Shown here: piece by piece, positions 58,447 to 64,000 of the stretch
How the letters are laid out: each line of letters opens with the position of its first letter
How positions within the stretch are numbered: position 1 is the first letter of the stretch
Source: a virus
Virus record (IMG/VR): IMGVR_UViG_3300010413_000013
Coordinates: 12,010-76,009 of that record
Length of the DNA stretch: 64,000 bases
Reading direction: 5' to 3' (one strand)
Position numbers and translations under genes: made by a program
The notes under the pieces: generated by a model
The model's input: only the letters and a program-made list of their open reading frames with translations
What the model was told of the DNA's origin: nothing
The model's database searches: none

Positions 58447-59226
58447 TTAAATTTTATCATGGTATGTTACATAAGGTGGAAAAAGATTTTCTCCATCAGT
58501 AAATTCTCTAAATGTTTCATCTCCAGTAGCTTTGTGGTATTGATAGGCATAATGTATCCATTCCATCATTACACCAGCCACAACAAAATCAGGTTGTGGC
58601 GCATTAAATCCCACTCTTGGAAATTTATCTATTATATACTCCTCTACTTCTTTTTCTTCTGGAGTTACATCTGGCAACTGGTCACTTGGTCCTTTACTAC
58701 CTGGACCAATTTCATACTCAGTACAATACCTCTTTAGTATTACCGGAGTATCAGGAGATAAAAACTTATCTACTATCTTTTTTACTTCTATATACCTTTT
58801 TTCTCCTTCTGTTTTTCCTCTGCAATAAAAATATCCTCCATATAATGAAGTAGTTGTTTTTCTTCTTTCAATCCCACATTTACAAGGCACTCCCATTTGT
58901 TTCATTAATTCATATAAATCAAATAAATCTTTAAGTGTTTTTGGTTTTACTACTACCTTCCAACAATTTCTACAATATGAAGGAACATGCTCCAAAACAT
59001 TGAAGAAGATTCTGTGATAGATATCACATCTAGCATCATCAGTCACTTTCACATATACCCAAGGAGTAACTTCAGACATTGCTGGATTATTCGGTACAAA
59101 CTTTCCATCTTCCATTCTAAGATGATAACCACCGTGTGGTCCTAGTATTTTTGCCAGTTTCTTTACAAGATTGATTTTATCCAATCTCATATAAAGGTTT
59201 TTTCTATCTTTACGTGTGTTAATCAT
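58447..59226 (-). CDS. Hypothetical Cys-containing protein
   Basis: 259-aa ORF, CRNCWK, CKCG, KRYCTEYE. Confidence 0.65.
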   Translation of the reverse strand: MINTRKDRKNLYMRLDKINLVKKLAKILGPHGGYHLRMEDGKFVPNNPAMSEVTPWVYVKVTDDARCDIYHRIFFNVLEHVPSYCRNCWKVVVKPKTLKDLFDLYELMKQMGVPCKCGIERRKTTTSLYGGYFYCRGKTEGEKRYIEVKKIVDKFLSPDTPVILKRYCTEYEIGPGSKGPSDQLPDVTPEEKEVEEYIIDKFPRVGFNAPQPDFVVAGVMMEWIHYAYQYHKATGDETFREFTDGENLFPPYVTYHDKI

Positions 59227-59429
59227 TTTGCCTCCATTTTCTTCTTCTGTTTGTTTTTGGTGTCTACTACTATTCCTTTTGGTTTAATAGTATGTATTTT
59301 TATTTCTTTTATATTACTACTAAAGCAAAAAGGACAATTACTTTTAGTTTTTATTACTTCCCTACAATCCAAACACCTGTAGGCATTCCTTGATTCTACT
59401 GTTGCCTTATGGACTACTGGTTTTATCAT
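59223..59429 (-). CDS. Zn-ribbon small protein
   Basis: CLDC...CPFC. Confidence 0.55.
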   Translation of the reverse strand: MIKPVVHKATVESRNAYRCLDCREVIKTKSNCPFCFSSNIKEIKIHTIKPKGIVVDTKNKQKKKMEAK

Positions 59430-59430
59430 A

Positions 59431-62400
59431 TTAACTCCTTAATACCTGTGGAAGTAAAAGAGGACCTTGCCCCAACGCCGTCCATATCTCCGGCGTTGTC
59501 ATGCTGCTGGTAATAAACCAATCACTTGTCAATACATCAGCTAAATTCGTTCCACTGCTATCATCGGCATTAAAATACATATTGGTATCAAGAGTAGGTG
59601 CAGAATCTACTTCGCTATCAAGCTCTCCTTCATTATAGCCATCAACAATAATCCTGATATAATTCGATGCATCCCACTCTATCTTCACATGATGCCAATT
59701 TGCATCTGTTATAGCAGTTGCGGTTCTTACCGTATCTCCACCATAAGTAAAAACGATGTCATTATCGGAGTCATCCCACCATACCCTGAAATTCGTATCT
59801 GCAAAAAAGAAAGTGCTATCAGCAGATAGAGAAGAAAGACCCTGCACCCAAAATGACAAAGCACCTTCAGCAGAAGAGATATTACCGGAAGTCACCGCCG
59901 TTGCATATCCGGTGGAGACCGTTGGATTAAAAGCCTTTGCTCCTATCGGCCCATCAGAAGAGTAATCCCCTGCGCTTGTTACATCTGATCCTACTCCTGT
60001 GGTATCACTACCACTCCAGCTAAATGTCACCTCCTCATGCGGATTCGCATAGTCCTTGCCCCTGTCGTCAAAGAATGCTCCGAAAGGGAGAACGCAAGCG
60101 TTGAGGAGTATTATATCATCAATATAATATGCTCCTTGTGGCCATGTTCCAACAGTTCCATAATAAAAAGTCCCATCTACCCAAGTATCCGGAAGTGTGT
60201 TTCTTCCTATGATCTTCCATTTCATGGAGAAATAAAAAGTATTGTTAGAATAAGAAAAATGCAATCCGAAAAGGGTGTACTCCTGCAAAGAATAATTTTC
60301 AGTATAAACAGGAGATGTGACGCTTGCCGCAGAAGAGTTTATATATCTATTGCATTTATAATAGTCATCAGCATAACTATAAGTCACACCCATGAACTCT
60401 CCAGATACATCCCCCACATAACAGACTCCTTGATCTGCCCCGACATTATAAGCAAAGTTAGGTTTTGCCAGAACGTAAAGAGTAAACTCCCCCATGTCTG
60501 TTAAATCATTTAAGGCGTCCAAAATCTCTATATCATCATCTGTTCCATTAAGGAGGAGACTTCCACCACGAAGAGAATCAGTGTTGTGTTTTACAGAAGT
60601 ATTATCCCCTCCTTCTAACAGCGCATTGTTATTGCCTGTATCATCAACAACCGTGGTACTTGCCGCATTGTCTTCGCATTTCCAGTGACCCACCAGCAAA
60701 TCAGTCGGACTTGCTGGATCGCCAACCAAAAACTGAGGCTCCAGTGCCGCTTTATAATTTACTCTGTCCCGATCAGCAGTAATTTTAATAGTACTATCTC
60801 CATCCCATCCAAGTCTCTGCGTCCCATCAGCACATATGCCGGTTCCTATGTGGAGAGGAATAAGCCAGTCAGTCTCCTGTGCTCCTAAACCTTCTGTTAT
60901 AGCCGGTCCAACAGTGTCTTTCCACTGATTACCTAATGCTATTCTTTCAGTTGCACTATACATCTTACCACTACTTTCATCTCCACTTTCTCTTTCTGGT
61001 GAATCTATTATTAAAATGTTTGTAACTTGTGTAATTCCAGTAGTAATAGTTCCACTTTCGTAACCCATAGAAAAACTACCAGAAAGGATGGATTGAAAAT
61101 AAGTTGCACCACCATTAATTGAATAATCAAGAGTTAGAAGTTGTGCATTACATTCATCAGCAACACTAACAAAATAATCAGAAGTATTATGATAAGTATA
61201 TCCAGCGTATTGTACTTCTGAATCACTACTTTCATAATAAAAATAATTATTAGTCAAACTAAAAGCAAATAAAGTATTTTTCCAACCTATGGCATCTAAA
61301 GTCACAGATCCATCCGGTACTTCTACAGAATTTTTAAAAATAACCATATCATCATAAATGAAGTAATCATTTATAAAGAGCACATCATTAGTACCATCAG
61401 TAAGAGGATTACCACTACCAGAGGACGAAGACAAAACACCACTTTGTCTAATCCACACTCTAATAGAAGTATTCTCTAATATTGATATATTTTCAATTCC
61501 ATAACCAGAATAATACTGAGCAGCAGAAACAACAAGATTAAAATAATTAGAATACCAAGTTGCATTATCAGCCGGATTTCTTATATGCCAAGAATAAAGA
61601 GTAGTAGAAGAACCAAGAACATTAACGATAAAACCATCACAAATAACATATATATAAGTACTATGGTCCTCTATATATAAATAAGGATCAACAGTAATTC
61701 CATCTATTACTCCATCAGGTTCAAAGATGATAGTTCTTATTACTACTCCTTCATCATCTAAAACATTTCCAGTATAATCATCTGTTGCAAGCTTCAACAA
61801 AGGTTCTTCACCGGACATTAATTGCTGCCCTAAAGCAGTAAAAGTAATTTCCCACACCGCACGAACAGTGAATCCGGGAGCAGTAATATTTGCTGTCCAT
61901 TTTTCAAAACCAAGATCTACTGTCCAGCTAAACTCTCCCTGTACTCCTTCTCCTGTTAAATGCCCACTTGAATCTAACTCTATATACTGATCTAATGGTT
62001 GATTAAAATCTGCCCAATGATTTACTTGCCAATACTGCGGTATGATTCTAGCAGTACAAACTAATTCTTCTCCTTCACCAGTATCATAGTAGTAAGACAT
62101 TAACTCCGGTTCTAAATGTGTAGACTGTACACCACCTTTTACTCTCCTTCTTCTCTTCTTGCCAGTAATTACTACTTCTTCTTCATATGTTTTATTGTAG
62201 ATAACAAAGGATGCTCCGGAAGAGTCTTCCAGAGTATCATAGAGTTTATATGGACCGTCCCAATAGCCTATAGAATCTGCAAAATCAACTGCAAAAGTAG
62301 TAGAAGTATGAGCAACAGCACAAATATATCCTCTCCCATTGTAGGTAGCTATATATCCTACAGGAAAATAGGTATCTCCTGTCCATTCCCCATCTACCGC

Positions 62401-62460
62401 AGATGGTAGATAGAAAAGTTCTGGAGTCTTCTCAGGATTTATTTGTTTTACTGTTGGCAT
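59431..62460 (-). CDS. Large adhesin-like virion protein with LamG/concanavalin-like domains
   Basis: LVGHWKCED...DDTGNN, LNGTDDDI, WHHVKIEWD; N-terminal CBM5/12-like W....Y..G....YNG..Y.C...HTS. Confidence 0.7.
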   Translation of the reverse strand: MPTVKQINPEKTPELFYLPSAVDGEWTGDTYFPVGYIATYNGRGYICAVAHTSTTFAVDFADSIGYWDGPYKLYDTLEDSSGASFVIYNKTYEEEVVITGKKRRRRVKGGVQSTHLEPELMSYYYDTGEGEELVCTARIIPQYWQVNHWADFNQPLDQYIELDSSGHLTGEGVQGEFSWTVDLGFEKWTANITAPGFTVRAVWEITFTALGQQLMSGEEPLLKLATDDYTGNVLDDEGVVIRTIIFEPDGVIDGITVDPYLYIEDHSTYIYVICDGFIVNVLGSSTTLYSWHIRNPADNATWYSNYFNLVVSAAQYYSGYGIENISILENTSIRVWIRQSGVLSSSSGSGNPLTDGTNDVLFINDYFIYDDMVIFKNSVEVPDGSVTLDAIGWKNTLFAFSLTNNYFYYESSDSEVQYAGYTYHNTSDYFVSVADECNAQLLTLDYSINGGATYFQSILSGSFSMGYESGTITTGITQVTNILIIDSPERESGDESSGKMYSATERIALGNQWKDTVGPAITEGLGAQETDWLIPLHIGTGICADGTQRLGWDGDSTIKITADRDRVNYKAALEPQFLVGDPASPTDLLVGHWKCEDNAASTTVVDDTGNNNALLEGGDNTSVKHNTDSLRGGSLLLNGTDDDIEILDALNDLTDMGEFTLYVLAKPNFAYNVGADQGVCYVGDVSGEFMGVTYSYADDYYKCNRYINSSAASVTSPVYTENYSLQEYTLFGLHFSYSNNTFYFSMKWKIIGRNTLPDTWVDGTFYYGTVGTWPQGAYYIDDIILLNACVLPFGAFFDDRGKDYANPHEEVTFSWSGSDTTGVGSDVTSAGDYSSDGPIGAKAFNPTVSTGYATAVTSGNISSAEGALSFWVQGLSSLSADSTFFFADTNFRVWWDDSDNDIVFTYGGDTVRTATAITDANWHHVKIEWDASNYIRIIVDGYNEGELDSEVDSAPTLDTNMYFNADDSSGTNLADVLTSDWFITSSMTTPEIWTALGQGPLLLPQVLRS

Positions 62461-62465
62461 TATTA

Positions 62466-64000
62466 CTATTCCATCCTTATCGTAAAGGTTCCTGCACCAT
62501 CTACACAAAAATTAAGTGTTCCTTCATCTCCAACAACATCTACTACTGTTGTTGCTGGTTCTTCCATTATCGTAAAATCCCAAGTTTCAGTAGTCATTGT
62601 ATTAGTATCTAAATCATCTGCATCTATAGAACAATTTATCTCCTGTAAATAAGAAAAACTATTACTCCCCTTTGTCACTGTATAATCTGACGCAGAACCA
62701 GAACAGGATAATGTTTTGTTAGAACAAGAACCAGAAGAGCAACAATAAGTTGTTCCTTCTACCCCCATTTCTATAGTAGTAATATCTACTCCCGAATTTC
62801 CATCTGCCAAATGAAGTACTATATCGGTTGTAGGAGATACATTTATCGCACTGTCACTAGGATCGAAACCATATGCATCTGGTGGAGTAGTATCAGGTGT
62901 TTCTCCTGATTCTATTGCTCCTAAATCCGGACCAGCCCCATTATAATGATAACTTACTCCATCACCATTACTCCATGTAAGAGATGTATCTACTGTAACA
63001 ATATCATTAGTATAATCTATTGCAGTAACAGTTCCATAAGCAGTGTATCCCTCTATCTGAAGAGTGCCACCTACATAAAAATAAGATGCATCCACAACAT
63101 CAACAGTAGTTCCAGAAGAAGTTGTATCAGTAGTAGTCAACCATGCTCCACCACTATCATAATCAATAGCAGGAGAGCTTTGCTGTAAAGAATATGCTGC
63201 TCTCCAAGCATCCCAACTACCAGAAGATCCACCCACAAAAGAAGGATTAGCAACAGCACCATTACATTCGTTTGGAGAATGTGCAGAACAAAGTGCAGAA
63301 GTAGTAGAATATACACTCCCTGCCCAATTCAATGCAACAGAGGAATAATACATATTATAATCCCAAAAACTACCAGATGCAGCAGAAGAAGCCTGATAAA
63401 TATCATAATCCACATTAGAAGTAATAATATTATTTTTTACCCCCATACCGGGACCGTAGTAGTTACCAATTCCATTATGATTAGAAGAAGTAATAACATT
63501 TTGAACTACTCTTACATCTGAAGCATCAGGAGTCCCATCACCAGTATATCTAATGTAATATAAAATACCGTAACTACCCAAACCACTAGTGATTATAATA
63601 TTATTAGCAACAACCATATGATTTTGATGCCGTAAATATATTCCATTATAATCATCCATATAATAGATAACATTATTTGTTATAGCGTTATAATTGAAAG
63701 TAGTTTGAGTGACAGTAGTAAGAGGCTTATAATCTATTCCATTGTGGTTTCCATTTGTAGCACAATAGTTAGAATCTGTCCAAACATAATTACTACTCTC
63801 TACTGATATCAAATTCCATCCAGCAGCTAATACCGTATTTCCTTGTATAAGTCCATGATCTGAAAGTTTTACATAAATAGAAGTATTTCCAGATGCCCCA
63901 TAGCCATTACTATAACAATTTAATATCTCGAAGTAATTAGCCCCATCTTCTACTCTAACATTATGATATACACCATTAAGCAAATAAAAACCATCAACAG
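62466..64000 (-). CDS. Right-handed beta-helix (pectin-lyase-like) protein, probably truncated by the window edge
   Basis: Asn-ladder repeats (ITNNVI, VANNII, VKNNII), SSPAID, PDLGAIE. Confidence 0.75.
   Translation of the reverse strand, partial: VDGFYLLNGVYHNVRVEDGANYFEILNCYSNGYGASGNTSIYVKLSDHGLIQGNTVLAAGWNLISVESSNYVWTDSNYCATNGNHNGIDYKPLTTVTQTTFNYNAITNNVIYYMDDYNGIYLRHQNHMVVANNIIITSGLGSYGILYYIRYTGDGTPDASDVRVVQNVITSSNHNGIGNYYGPGMGVKNNIITSNVDYDIYQASSAASGSFWDYNMYYSSVALNWAGSVYSTTSALCSAHSPNECNGAVANPSFVGGSSGSWDAWRAAYSLQQSSPAIDYDSGGAWLTTTDTTSSGTTVDVVDASYFYVGGTLQIEGYTAYGTVTAIDYTNDIVTVDTSLTWSNGDGVSYHYNGAGPDLGAIESGETPDTTPPDAYGFDPSDSAINVSPTTDIVLHLADGNSGVDITTIEMGVEGTTYCCSSGSCSNKTLSCSGSASDYTVTKGSNSFSYLQEINCSIDADDLDTNTMTTETWDFTIMEEPATTVVDVVGDEGTLNFCVDGAGTFTIRME

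Noticed and set aside
1-64000. Stop-codon reassignment, and the many short opposite-strand ORFs in the track
   Set aside because: Core genes are full length in the standard code and use all three stops; the antisense ORFs overlap well-supported genes and lack RBSs or motifs.

Overview
The window is about 64 kb of an AT-rich, tailed dsDNA bacteriophage (siphovirus-like, standard genetic code). No integrase or repressor is visible. Layout: (1) 1-4300, minus strand: small ORFs, terminase small subunit and a sulfotransferase. (2) 4400-10130, plus strand: candidate origin, DnaB-like helicase, HD hydrolase, SF2 helicase and primase. (3) 10130-16750, plus-strand early region: a ~450-nt highly structured leader, two genes each enclosed in its own 24-30 bp inverted repeat, and a DUF1257/DUF2997/Ycf46-AAA/DUF3150-like module. 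(4) 16750-30830: UDG-fused PolA, SSB, RecA-like protein, 5'-3' exonuclease, a tRNA-like element, a split Rad50/Mre11 nuclease, and MaoC and YkgJ-like genes. (5) 30900-64000, minus strand: lysis genes, tail genes (with a -1 frameshift chaperone), neck genes, a glycosyl/acyl/sulfo-transferase cluster between neck and capsid genes, capsid, MuF with an ADP-ribosyltransferase-like tail, and large acidic repeat/adhesin proteins. Large terminase and portal are not in the window. All family calls come from motif recognition by eye; no searches were run.
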